Origin: an uncultured Lachnospiraceae bacterium
Lineage (GTDB): Bacteria > Bacillota > Clostridia > Lachnospirales > Lachnospiraceae
Assembly (NCBI GenBank): GCA_964613155.1
Contig: CAZTHP010000002.1
Location: forward strand, 1 to 61,640
Length of the DNA stretch: 61,640 bases
Direction of reading: 5' to 3'
In this document: in pieces, positions 29,127 through 39,058 of the stretch
Position numbering within the stretch: position 1 is the stretch's first letter
How the letters are laid out: each line of letters begins with the position of its first letter
Made by a program: the position numbers and the translations under genes
Notes under the pieces: generated by a model
Seen by the model: the letters and a program-made list of their open reading frames with translations, nothing else
Databases searched by the model: none
What the model was told of the DNA's origin: nothing

Positions 29127-31061
29127 ATGCGACGAGTAGCGAAACAAATGATGCAGCGAATAGCGCAGAAGATGACGAAGTCCATCGTAAAGCAAATGGG
29201 GATGGCGTGTTTGATGCTGCTTTTTGCGGCAGTAAGTGTGATGTGTTTTAAAATGCCTGTAATGGCAGCGGAGGAAGAAACCAAGACGATCACGATGACG
29301 CTGGAACGTTTTTCCGTGGGCGGTGATTTTATTGTGGAACCGACCGTTGTAGAATTTAAACAGGGAGAGTCGTATGCAGAAGTGCTTGCGCGTGTTTTAA
29401 AGGAAAAGGGAATTTCGTACAGCGCGGTGGAAAATTCTACCTATGGATTTTATTTGCAGGGAATTGACGGTGTAGACTGTGGTTCCGAAAAAATTCCGGC
29501 CTGTGTGCGGGAAATTTTGGATGACATGGGAATAAAAATCGGCGGAAATGATAAACCGGGATTGTATGAATTTTCCTATACATCCGGTTCGGGCTGGATG
29601 TTTTACATCGATAATGCATATGTGCCGCTTAGTATGGGATACAGCTTTCCTAAAGACGGTGAAGTTGTACGGTTTATGTTTACGTTATGCTACGGTGCTG
29701 ATTTGACAGGAACTCTGGATAAAAGCATGACCGCGGACGGAAAAGACAAGGTTTATTATAATACGACCGATAAAACGAAGCTGATTCAGTACATGGGTCA
29801 AATTAACCGCGAACGGGTGCGCTGGGAAATGGTGGATGGTTTTGCGGAAGCGTATCAGAATGCACTGGATGTGATGGCAAATATTAAAGCGGCTCGTTAT
29901 GAGGTGAATGAGGCGTTGAATTGGCTGAAGGATCTTGAAAAACAGTTACCGCCTCTCCCAGAAGAATTGCTTTTAAATAAGGAAGCGTTAGAGTTGACCG
30001 AAGGGGAAAGTGCTCTCCTTTCTTATGAATTTTCACCGGTAGAAACTGTAGATGAAATCACTTGGTCGTCAGATAACATCACAGTAGCTTCTGTGAAAAA
30101 TGGTGTTGTTACCGCGGTTGGAGAAGGAACCGCTCATATTTATGCCAAAACTCCAAATGGTTTGGAGGCAATGTGTACCGTTACAGTCAAAGAAATCGAA
30201 GCGAAAAAAACATTTCAATCAGGAGCCCCCGCTGTCACAGTAAAAGCACTGTCTGGAACCAGCGTGCAGGTGAACTGGAAAGCATACGAAAATGCCGAGA
30301 GTTATTTTGTGTATCGTAAAACAGCTGCAAGCAGCAAATGGACTTCGCTTGCAGAAGTGAAAGATGCTCTGACTTACACGGATAAAAGCGCAAAAGCAGG
30401 GACAACTTATTATTATACAGTAAAAGCGCAAACCAATCAGTGGGGAAGCACCGTATCCAGCAAGTATGTCACCAATGTGAAAATTGATACAGCTCAAAAA
30501 GTTTTCCAAACAGGCAAACCCGCTTTAACAGGAAAAGCATTATCCTATAACAGCATTAAACTTAGCTGGAACACGTATAAAAACGCTGAAAAATATATTT
30601 TATATCGGAAAACAGGAAGCGGAAGCTGGAAAAAACTGAAAACCGTAGCAGGAACCTCTTACACGGACAAAAACGTTCTGACTGGAAAGGTTTATTCCTA
30701 TAAACTCACCGCGCAGAGCAGTAAATGGGGACAAACAACTTCCAGCAAAGACTCCTCAACCGTAAAAGTAAAAACAACTCTCGGAAAAGCGGTGATTCAA
30801 AAAACAACCGCTGGCAAAACGACCGCAACCATTACATGGAAAAAAGTCAGCGGCGCATCTGGTTATAAAATTTATCGCGCATCCAGTAAAAATGGCAGTT
30901 ATAAGTGTATCAAAACAGTCAAAAATAATGTAACTTCTTATAAAAATACCAGTTTAAAAACTGGAAAAACATATTATTATAAAGTGCGAGCATATCAAAC
31001 CGTAGAAAAAACAAATGTCTATGGTGCGTATTCTGCTGTGAAAAACGTAAAAGTGAAATAG
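29127..31061 (+). CDS. Secreted protein: DUF4430-like + helical linker + Big_2 + three FN3 repeats
   Basis: Signal peptide (..PVMA); GFYLQGIDG..LYEFSYTSGSGWMFYIDN..DGEVVRFMFT; WSSDNITVASVKNGVVTAVGEG; YTD..GTTYYYTV repeats. Confidence 0.8.
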   Translation: MRRVAKQMMQRIAQKMTKSIVKQMGMACLMLLFAAVSVMCFKMPVMAAEEETKTITMTLERFSVGGDFIVEPTVVEFKQGESYAEVLARVLKEKGISYSAVENSTYGFYLQGIDGVDCGSEKIPACVREILDDMGIKIGGNDKPGLYEFSYTSGSGWMFYIDNAYVPLSMGYSFPKDGEVVRFMFTLCYGADLTGTLDKSMTADGKDKVYYNTTDKTKLIQYMGQINRERVRWEMVDGFAEAYQNALDVMANIKAARYEVNEALNWLKDLEKQLPPLPEELLLNKEALELTEGESALLSYEFSPVETVDEITWSSDNITVASVKNGVVTAVGEGTAHIYAKTPNGLEAMCTVTVKEIEAKKTFQSGAPAVTVKALSGTSVQVNWKAYENAESYFVYRKTAASSKWTSLAEVKDALTYTDKSAKAGTTYYYTVKAQTNQWGSTVSSKYVTNVKIDTAQKVFQTGKPALTGKALSYNSIKLSWNTYKNAEKYILYRKTGSGSWKKLKTVAGTSYTDKNVLTGKVYSYKLTAQSSKWGQTTSSKDSSTVKVKTTLGKAVIQKTTAGKTTATITWKKVSGASGYKIYRASSKNGSYKCIKTVKNNVTSYKNTSLKTGKTYYYKVRAYQTVEKTNVYGAYSAVKNVKVK

Positions 31062-31398
31062 CAGCTGGATGTATGCGACAGGAGAGAGGTACAATATTAT
31101 AACGATGCAGCTGACATTTGGATAGTGGATATTGAGATAGCTGATATTGAGATAGCTGGAATTGAGATAGCTGACTTGAGATAGCTGGCATTGAAATAGT
31201 GGACATTGTACTATATAGCTGAAACATTGAATACTGTATTACACGGCTAATACACTGGAGATTACAGTGATTGATGAAGTGCTTGATGAATTGATGCAAA
31301 GCAGCCGAGGGGTACATAGTAAGTGATAGGTAATAAGTGAGAAAATATAAGTATGATGGTTGGGGGCGAAAGCCTCCAATCGCGTCGTTACTCACGTA

Positions 31399-31493
31399 AA
31401 CTATGAGAAACACGCGCTGCGAGTTTCTCAAGTTATCGCGGCGCTCATCAAATGCTTGTGCAAGCACAGCATTTTCATCGCTGCTCGCGTAAA
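31399..31493 (-). repeat. 95-bp double-hairpin dispersed element, copy 3
   Basis: Near-identical to the other copies; directly after the tRNA terminator on the minus strand. Confidence 0.9.
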
Positions 31494-31494
31494 T

Positions 31495-31523
31495 AAAAAA
31501 GCACCAGCATAAGCTGATGCTTT
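31495..31523 (-). terminator. Terminator of tRNA-Lys copy 2
   Basis: Minus strand AAAGCATCAGC-TTAT-GCTGGTGC-TTTTTT. Confidence 0.8.
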
Positions 31524-31525
31524 CG

Positions 31526-31598
31526 TGCACCTTCAGGGGCTCGAACCCTGGACACCCTGATTAAGAGTCAGGTGCTCTACCAACTGAGCTAAAGGTGC
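31526..31598 (-). tRNA. tRNA-Lys(CUU), copy 2 (identical to copy 1)
   Basis: Same 73-nt sequence; upstream TTGACA-17-TATACT promoter on the minus strand. Confidence 0.97.
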
Positions 31599-31836
31599 AT
31601 TGCTTTGTTGTTTCTCTCACAACGATGAATAGTATACTACAGTGAGTGGGAAATGTCAAGCGGAAAAATAAAAACTTTTTCAAAAATTTTCTAGGGAATT
31701 TTCTAGACTGAAGTGAAAAGTTTATTTCCACTTTGTAAGAGTAACTTCCAGCTGTTTCTTATAATAAGTAAGATATTTAATCCCCAGTCATTAGCAGGCT
31801 GGGGACTCATTCATAAATGTGATAATAATCACTGTC

Positions 31837-32976
31837 TTAAGGGAGCATAGAGCGGTATTGTTCCCAACGATCTTCCGGTATCGATAAAGCTTTCAGAGCT
31901 TCTTCGAAGGTAAAATGAAGGTTTTTCATAAGGTTGAGGATCGAATTGAGATCAGATTCAATCTTCCCTTTTTCTTTTCCCTGTTCAATGCCTTGTTCAA
32001 TGCCTTGTACGATACCTTGTTGTAGCCCTTGTTCAATGCCTTTTTCTACTAAAATATCACTAAGGTTACACATTTCATCGACCCCCTTTCGTTCCATAGA
32101 GATACCAAACTGTTTGCTGAGGATTTCCTTTTTTTCTTTTGCTTTGATCTTTTCCGATAAGAGAACAGAGAGCATTCTGTGGAGATCGGTTCCGGATTCC
32201 TCAGGGTTGTCGGTATCGTTACCCAGACAGATCATGATGGCGGTGAGCAGATCATAGCGATGATCGGTGGGATCTGTTCCGTACATGGGATCCTGCTGGA
32301 TGTGGTATCTGGTCATGGTGTTGGCAGCGGCTTTTGTGGTGTCCATGCAGATCCAGATACTATATACTTTTTTAATGTCGTCATAATTTTCGCCGGTAAA
32401 TTCGGTTTCTTTTTGTGCAGAGATCATTCTGGCACAATAAAAGATAGCTCTAGTCACCAGATCATATCCTACATGGTATTTCTTTTGTGCTTCTACATTG
32501 ATGATCAACTTTACCTTATCCCCACCGGGAGTGATCGCGTAAAAGCGGATATCAAATGTAATATCGCCTTCATTTGGAACACTGTCCTCTGTGGGAAGCC
32601 CCGTGATCGCTTCCATAGAACGGTTGGTGATCGTTTGAGTGGAAGGAGCAGTGTTGATCGCGTCGACAGAACGGTTGTTGATCGCTTCTGTAGAATGGTT
32701 TGTGATTACCTTGGTAGGAAAATCCGTAACTGCTTTTGCCGTTTCTGCTGGAAGATTTGTCTTTCCAGGATAAACAGGTACAATACCAACTTCGGGTTCC
32801 CCTTCGATACATGCTATTGTTTCTTCAAAAGAAGCGTCTTTAAATTCAAAAACACTTTCTTGAAGGATCTTTGCTAAGATCTGTTTATCACTTAGGATGG
32901 TTTTTACGTATCGGTCATATTTGGCTTTGTCTTCTGCAATATCAATCGAGTTTGCGATGTATTTCTGTTCATTCAT
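31837..32976 (-). CDS. Rpn-family PD-(D/E)XK nuclease / putative transposase
   Basis: FDIRF...IINVEAQ...RAIFYCARMISAQ..YDDIKKVYSIWIC; C-terminal MCNLS..GIEQGxEQG repeats. Confidence 0.88.
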   Translation of the reverse strand: MNEQKYIANSIDIAEDKAKYDRYVKTILSDKQILAKILQESVFEFKDASFEETIACIEGEPEVGIVPVYPGKTNLPAETAKAVTDFPTKVITNHSTEAINNRSVDAINTAPSTQTITNRSMEAITGLPTEDSVPNEGDITFDIRFYAITPGGDKVKLIINVEAQKKYHVGYDLVTRAIFYCARMISAQKETEFTGENYDDIKKVYSIWICMDTTKAAANTMTRYHIQQDPMYGTDPTDHRYDLLTAIMICLGNDTDNPEESGTDLHRMLSVLLSEKIKAKEKKEILSKQFGISMERKGVDEMCNLSDILVEKGIEQGLQQGIVQGIEQGIEQGKEKGKIESDLNSILNLMKNLHFTFEEALKALSIPEDRWEQYRSMLP

Positions 32977-33287
32977 CCATATTTTCTCCTTGCCTTGATT
33001 TTAACATACGCATTATGGTTTTTCAATTGCATACAAGGGTTCCTGTACGAAAATTTTTCTAAACTTTTCTGAAATTTTTGGAAAATTACTATAAAGAAAT
33101 TGTGACGATTTATAGTTGATTTTAAAAGTATGTTGTGTTTTCTTGCTAGGGTGCATCTGCTAAATGAAATTAAAAAACAGTTTTATATAAATTTGGATCT
33201 TTGATAAAGATTGGTAAAGATTCCAGAGAAGTGGTTGAATAAAAAATGAATTGTGGATATAATCTAAATAGTTTGCTTACAAACGAT

Positions 33288-33411
33288 TGTGCGAAAAGCC
33301 CACTCCTTTAGGACTCCTTTAGGGGGTGGGATGAATAACTTTAGAAAGGAGAACGTTGCTTCTCCCATCACATGAATGTAGTGGGTTTCCGCAACTGAAA
33401 TTTATTATGAA
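33288..33411 (+). mobile_element. Minimal non-autonomous IS200/IS605-like element (two end palindromes joined)
   Basis: Left part matches 8684-8723 and right part matches 39258-39328 (both reverse complement). Confidence 0.6.
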
Positions 33412-34813
33412 AAGTCATGGGGATCAGAGATTTGATCGAGAATCAGGACAGGAACAGAACTGGAGCCGAGAGAAAGAGCATAGTCAAAGTCGAAAGCAGG
33501 AACAGATGTATCAAAATGATCGTGCTTATCAGGGACAGATAGAGGGTCGTGCAAATCAGACGAAAAAAGGGCGTTTTGGGAAGCCGATGTATTTTATTAC
33601 GGATAGCAAATATTATACGATTAGTATCTATACTGTGATAACGGTGCTGATTTGCGCAGTGATTGTACGAGCTATTTTTATGTGGGAGTCAACGAGTACG
33701 GGGATACATGCGCTTCTGAATTGGGCATCGCCGTATTTGTTTGGTATTTTTTTAGCGTGTTTGCTTTATCCTATGGTATGTTTTTTTGAAAAATATGCAA
33801 AACGTATTTTGCCGGAGCCGTATTCGCACAGATTCGGTAGAGGGATTTCTATTTTGCTGACTTACTTGACATTTTTGGGTGTCATTATTTTGGTAATTGG
33901 TGTCATTCTTCCGCAGGTGTGGCAAAGTGTTTTAGATTTGGCAGTTGTGGTGCCGTATTGGTATCGAAAGTCGATCGGGATGCTGGAATATTGGAATGCA
34001 AGTACACCGGAACTGGATTTTGCTTTTATTACGAAAAAACTGGAAGAAATTGGGACTTCCTTTTTTACTGGTGCTAGTGTTCAGCAGCAGCTGCAGGATA
34101 TTGTGACAACGGTCGTGTCGACTTCTGTGTCGGTTGTATCACTTTGTTTGAATTTAATCATTGCGTTGATTGTTTCGGTCTACCTTTTGATTGATTTGAA
34201 GCGTATTGGAAGGACTGCTAGAAAGGTGTTAAATGCTTTTGTTCCGGAAAGTACAACACAGAAGATTGCAGAGATTTCTAGTGAGAGTTATGCGATTTTT
34301 TCTAGTTTTGTTTCGGGTAAAATGATTGATTCGCTTATTATTGGTGTACTGTGTTTTATTGCTATGAATTTGCTGAAATTGCCGTATGCGCTGGTGATCA
34401 GTGTAGTAGTGGGAGTGACCAATATGATTCCGTATTTCGGACCTTTTATTGGAGCAGTTCCCGGAGCTTTTATTTTGCTGATGGTATCACCGATCAAGAT
34501 GCTGATCTATTTGGTTTTGATCCTGATCTTACAGCAATTTGATGGTTTGTATCTGGGACCGAAGATTTTAGGAGATTCTACAGGACTTCGTCCTGCATGG
34601 ATTATTTTTTCTGTTTCGGCAGGTGGTGCGATAGCAGGTGTTCTTGGAATGTTCATTGGTGTACCTGTAGTGGCGGTAATTGGACATTTGATCAATATCT
34701 GGATTGAATATCGTTTGAAGAAAAAACAAGCGATAGCAGAGGAAATAGAAGCGTCGACTGTAATGGGAAATATGGAGTCTGCGGATACGGTGAGTGAAAA
34801 AGTGATCGATTGA
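33356..34813 (+). CDS. AI-2E (PerM) family transporter; start uncertain
   Basis: GKMIDSLIIG, NMIPYFGPFIG, LQQFDG..GPKILGDSTGL. Confidence 0.9.
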   Translation: MLLPSHECSGFPQLKFIMKSHGDQRFDRESGQEQNWSREKEHSQSRKQEQMYQNDRAYQGQIEGRANQTKKGRFGKPMYFITDSKYYTISIYTVITVLICAVIVRAIFMWESTSTGIHALLNWASPYLFGIFLACLLYPMVCFFEKYAKRILPEPYSHRFGRGISILLTYLTFLGVIILVIGVILPQVWQSVLDLAVVVPYWYRKSIGMLEYWNASTPELDFAFITKKLEEIGTSFFTGASVQQQLQDIVTTVVSTSVSVVSLCLNLIIALIVSVYLLIDLKRIGRTARKVLNAFVPESTTQKIAEISSESYAIFSSFVSGKMIDSLIIGVLCFIAMNLLKLPYALVISVVVGVTNMIPYFGPFIGAVPGAFILLMVSPIKMLIYLVLILILQQFDGLYLGPKILGDSTGLRPAWIIFSVSAGGAIAGVLGMFIGVPVVAVIGHLINIWIEYRLKKKQAIAEEIEASTVMGNMESADTVSEKVID

Positions 34814-34832
34814 ATTAAAAAATGAGTGAATC

Positions 34833-34890
34833 AAAAGGACATCTTTATAAGTGCGGATTGGACGCATTTTGTAAAAAAGATGTCCTTTTT
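34833..34890. terminator. Bidirectional terminator
   Basis: AAAAGGACATCTTT...AAAGATGTCCTTTT. Confidence 0.7.
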
Positions 34891-35120
34891 GATTGTTGAA
34901 ACAACTGTTTACAGATGTCTTTTTGATTATAGATTTTATAATGCAAAATCTAACCTAGAGTTTTTATAATACAAAATTTATCCTGGATTGAGATGTTTTA
35001 TAATACAAAATTCATCTTAGATTATGATATTTTGAAATTGTGATGTTTCAAAACAATGTTGTGTCATCTTTTCTTACTTGAAGAGCAGGTGATAAAATAA
35101 AGTAGCGCAATGAATTTTTT

Positions 35121-35981
35121 TCATGCATGAACGGGATGCAGGTTTTTTAGGGAAAGATCGAGAATTGGTGCGGAGTGAGTCAGTGCACCACTGGAAATAT
35201 AGTCAACCCCTAGATCTTTCAGTTCTCCAATGCGTTCACGCGTGACGTTGCCCGAAATTTCGATTTCTGCTCGTTTGTTAATAAGTGCAATGGCTTTTTT
35301 CATAACATCATAAGGCATGTTGTCTAACATAATGATATCGGCTCCGGCTTCCAGTGCTTCTTCGACCATTTCTAAAGTTTCTACTTCTACTTCGATTTTT
35401 CGTACAAAAGGTGCGTATTCTTTTGCCATGCGGATGGCTTCTTTGACACCTCCGGCAGCGCCGATGTGGTTGTCTTTTAATAAAACGCCATCGGTCAAAT
35501 TGTAGCGGTGATTGTTGCCGCCGCCGATGCGAACGGCGTATTTTTCGAAAATACGGTTATTGGGTGTAGTTTTGCGCGTATCTAAAAGTTTGATGGAAGT
35601 ACCTTTTAGCAACTCTGCGGTGGCATGTGTATAGGTTGCGATGCCGCTCATGCGCTGCAGATAATTGAGGGCAGTTCGTTCACCGGATAAAAGAATGCGA
35701 ATATCACCGCGGATGGAAGCCATTTTTTCACCAACGTGCACGCTATCTCCGTCTTTTACAAAAAATGTGATATTTATTTTCTCGTCCAGCAGTTCAAAAA
35801 CACGGGCAAATACTTGAAGTCCGCAGATGATGCCGTCTTCTTTGCAGATGAGATCGACTTCTCCAACTTTTGAGCAGGGCATTACGGCATTGGTTGTGAC
35901 ATCTTCACTGGTAATATCTTCTTTTAAAGCACTTAACAGATAAGGATCTACATTTAATTTTAAAGTAATTGGATCATACAT
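35121..35981 (-). CDS. nadC: Nicotinate-nucleotide pyrophosphorylase (quinolinate phosphoribosyltransferase)
   Basis: ERTALN, DTRKTTP, HRYNL, KDNHI, EVEVE, MLDN. Confidence 0.96.
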   Translation of the reverse strand: MYDPITLKLNVDPYLLSALKEDITSEDVTTNAVMPCSKVGEVDLICKEDGIICGLQVFARVFELLDEKINITFFVKDGDSVHVGEKMASIRGDIRILLSGERTALNYLQRMSGIATYTHATAELLKGTSIKLLDTRKTTPNNRIFEKYAVRIGGGNNHRYNLTDGVLLKDNHIGAAGGVKEAIRMAKEYAPFVRKIEVEVETLEMVEEALEAGADIIMLDNMPYDVMKKAIALINKRAEIEISGNVTRERIGELKDLGVDYISSGALTHSAPILDLSLKNLHPVHA

Positions 35982-36019
35982 AGTATTTATTGTCTTACCT
36001 CTCTAATACAAAAAAATTC

Positions 36020-36230
36020 ACATAAAGTCTAGCTATAACATAAGTAGTCTTGTCATATAAAATCTGGCTATGACATAAGTAATCTTGTCATATAAAATCT
36101 GACCATGACATAAGTAATCTTGTCATATAAAATCTGGCTATGATATAAGTAATCTTGTCATATAAAATCTGATCATGACATAAGTAATCTTATCATATAA
36201 AGTCTGATCATGGACAAGTAATCTTATCCT
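36020..36230. repeat. Tandem repeat, 35-bp unit x ~6, between nadB and nadC
   Basis: ATAAGTAATCTTGTCATATAAAATCTGGCTATGAC; internal GTCATA/TATGAC palindrome. Confidence 0.9.
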
Positions 36231-36334
36231 CACAGCAAATTAGATTGAGATTGTGAAAAAATCTTAAATAATATGATAATATGTTCTGGGAATGAAAAGC
36301 TTCCATCATGCTATCTGCGGATTGTAAAAAATTC

Positions 36335-37642
36335 TTAAGAGGCATGGTGGATCGTTTCTTCATTTAATCGTTTGATCTCGTTGAGAATCAGTTCTTTATA
36401 TTGTGTTTTTAATTGCTCTCCATTTTGATACGGTTTCAGAGAAATTTGTTCGGCAATGGCATCGTTGCGTGTGGTCTGGTCAAATTGCGATGCCATTTTC
36501 CAAGCGGCGCGTTTGGCAAATACCAGACTTTCCAGCAGGGAATTGCTTGCCAGGCGGTTTTTACCATGGACACCGTTGCAGGCATTTTCCCCGATTGCAT
36601 AAAGACATTTCATAGAAGTATGACTGTCCATATCTACCTTGATACCGCCCATAAAATAGTGCTGCGCAGGGACTACGGGGATGCATTCGGAAAATACATC
36701 GTATCCCTGTTCCTGACAGTGTGCGATGATATTCGGAAAATGTGCCATTAATTCTTGTTTGGGAATTGGTTTCATGGAAAGCCAAACATACGGCATTTTA
36801 TCTTTTTCCATCTGCTCATAAATTTTCTCTGTCAAAATATCTCGTGGAAGCAGTTCGTTTACAAAACGTTCCTTTTTGGCGTTGTAAAGAACCGCGCCTT
36901 CACCCCGCACGGATTCGGAAATCAGGAATCTGCGGTCTTTCTGGTTGGGGGAGTAGAGCGTGGTAGGATGAATTTGGACATAATTAAGATGTTCCAACTC
37001 GACTCCATGTTTCATGGCAACGGCTACACCATCTCCGGTTAGCTGGCGGTAATTGGTAGAATGTTCATAAAGCCCTCCGATTCCGCCGCACGCTAAAACC
37101 GTATAATTTGCAGTAATCGTAGTGACCTGTTCATCATCATTTCGTACCACAGCACCATAGCAGGTATTTTGTTCGCAGAGAATATCCAGCATCGAACAAT
37201 ATTCAAGGATTCGGATATTGGGACGTTTTCGTGCTTCTTTTAAAAGTGTACTGGTAATTTCTTTGCCAGTAATATCTTCGTGAAATAAAATTCGAAAATC
37301 TGAATGTCCGCCTTCTCGTGTAAAGCTGAGAGCACCATTTTCGTCTCGGTGAAAATCTGTCCCATAAGAAATCAGATCTTGGATTACATCCTGGGAAGAA
37401 CGAATCATAATATCGACAGCCTCTGGATTATTTTCATAATGGCCGGCATGCATCGTGTCTTCATAAAAAGAATCATAATCATTATCATTTTTTAACATGC
37501 AAATGCCGCCTTGCGCCAGAAATGAGTCGCTGTGTTCGATGATTTCTTTTGTGATAATTAAAATCTCTCGTTCCTTTGGAAGCTGCAAGGCGCAGTAGAG
37601 TCCTGCACATCCGCTTCCGATGATCAGTATGTCCGTTTTCAT
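36335..37642 (-). CDS. nadB: L-aspartate oxidase
   Basis: IIGSGCAG, AQGGI, REGGHS, QIHPT, SESVRGEG, HYFMGG, HGKNRLASNSL. Confidence 0.96.
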   Translation of the reverse strand: MKTDILIIGSGCAGLYCALQLPKEREILIITKEIIEHSDSFLAQGGICMLKNDNDYDSFYEDTMHAGHYENNPEAVDIMIRSSQDVIQDLISYGTDFHRDENGALSFTREGGHSDFRILFHEDITGKEITSTLLKEARKRPNIRILEYCSMLDILCEQNTCYGAVVRNDDEQVTTITANYTVLACGGIGGLYEHSTNYRQLTGDGVAVAMKHGVELEHLNYVQIHPTTLYSPNQKDRRFLISESVRGEGAVLYNAKKERFVNELLPRDILTEKIYEQMEKDKMPYVWLSMKPIPKQELMAHFPNIIAHCQEQGYDVFSECIPVVPAQHYFMGGIKVDMDSHTSMKCLYAIGENACNGVHGKNRLASNSLLESLVFAKRAAWKMASQFDQTTRNDAIAEQISLKPYQNGEQLKTQYKELILNEIKRLNEETIHHAS

Positions 37643-37967
37643 AATTTAAATTTCTCCTGATTTTAAATTTTATAAGAGAATTGACACTCCTCGTGTTCGA
37701 AGCAAGAGGATACTGAAAAAGTGGTCTGTCAGAAAATAATAGATTATACTATACTAGCTATTGTCGTTGTTTTTTACTATAGGCAACAAAATATAGCAAC
37801 ATTCTGCGTTCAAAAGGACTTTTTCAGTGGCTTCATTCGAAGCAAGAGGGATGACAAGGTAGATCTGAAAGAAAGGAAGTTTTCCATTGCTTGAGGAATT
37901 TCCCATTGCTTGAGGAATTTCCCACTGTTTGAGGAATTTCCTACTGCTTGAGGGAAGCTGCCTTGTT

Positions 37968-38879
37968 TTAAGAAAGTTCCAGCATTTTCTGTAAGGGCAG
38001 AGCGGCTTCTTTCATCATAGCATCCTCTAACAAAAGTTCTTCCTGCGTATCCAGATTTTCCAGTACAGAAAGAACCTGTTCCAGAGATGCTAATTTCATA
38101 TCCGGACATATTTGGCAAGGATTCAGGGTATAAAATTGTTTTTGCGGATTTTCTTGTTCCAGCTGATAGAGAACGCCGCATTCGGTCACGATGATAAATT
38201 CACGGTTGCTGCTTTCTCTGGCATATTGAATGATTCCAGCGGTACTGCCTGCGTAATCGGCTAATTCTAAAGCTTCTTTTCGGCACTCTGGATGCATCAG
38301 CACAAGCGCCTGCGGGTGTTCTTTTTTAGCCTGTAAAATAGCTTCGCGGCTGACCTGGTGGTGAATCGGGCAATATCCGTCATGGAAAATAAATTTCTTT
38401 TCCGGCAGTTTTTCTGCGATAGCATGTCCTAGGTTTTGATCGGGTACAAAATAAATTTCTTTTTGCTCTAATTTGGAAACGACTTTTTCTGCATTTGATG
38501 AGGTGACACATACATCACATGCAGCTTTGGTATCAGCAGTCGAATTTACATAGCAAACGACAGCCGCTTCCGGGTGTTCAGCGCGGACTTTTCGAACTTG
38601 TTTTGCATCGATCATACGCGCCATCTGACAGTCTGCGTTTCGGTCAACCAGATAAACATGTTTCTGCGGATTTAACAATTTAGCACTTTCGCCCATAAAA
38701 AAAACACCGGCAAACAGGATATTTTGCTGCTGTACCTGTGCAGCTTTCTTTGCCAGCGCATAAGAGTCTCCTGTAAAATCAGCGATTGCCTGTACATCTC
38801 CCGGCACATAATAATGCGCCAGAATCACAACGTCTTTTTGTTTCTTCAGTTCTTGAATTCGATCCTTTATCTCCATCAT
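37968..38879 (-). CDS. nadA: Quinolinate synthase
   Basis: LAHYY, GDSY, CQMA, YVNS, CPIH, HPEC, CPDMK. Confidence 0.96.
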   Translation of the reverse strand: MMEIKDRIQELKKQKDVVILAHYYVPGDVQAIADFTGDSYALAKKAAQVQQQNILFAGVFFMGESAKLLNPQKHVYLVDRNADCQMARMIDAKQVRKVRAEHPEAAVVCYVNSTADTKAACDVCVTSSNAEKVVSKLEQKEIYFVPDQNLGHAIAEKLPEKKFIFHDGYCPIHHQVSREAILQAKKEHPQALVLMHPECRKEALELADYAGSTAGIIQYARESSNREFIIVTECGVLYQLEQENPQKQFYTLNPCQICPDMKLASLEQVLSVLENLDTQEELLLEDAMMKEAALPLQKMLELS

Positions 38880-38952
38880 AATCCTTATTCTCATCCTCTT
38901 TCTCTTTCTGCGGAAATATTCTAAAACGCTGTTCAATTATAGCACAGGAAAA

Positions 38953-38974
38953 AATAACTGACAAGACATATGTA
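38953..38974. promoter_or_regulatory. Possible NiaR operator upstream of nadA
   Basis: TGACAAGACATATGTA resembles the TGTCAAGACA-cored NiaR palindrome. Confidence 0.45.
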
Positions 38975-39058
38975 TTGATAAAAAGATACTTCTGTAAATG
39001 CATGCAAAGTGATAAAAAGTATTAGTCTCTGAAAGGCAAAAAAACATCACGCATTTTT

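Noticed and set aside
12620-31525. Intact ICE or prophage between the tRNAs
   Set aside because: No integrase, relaxase, conjugation or phage genes.
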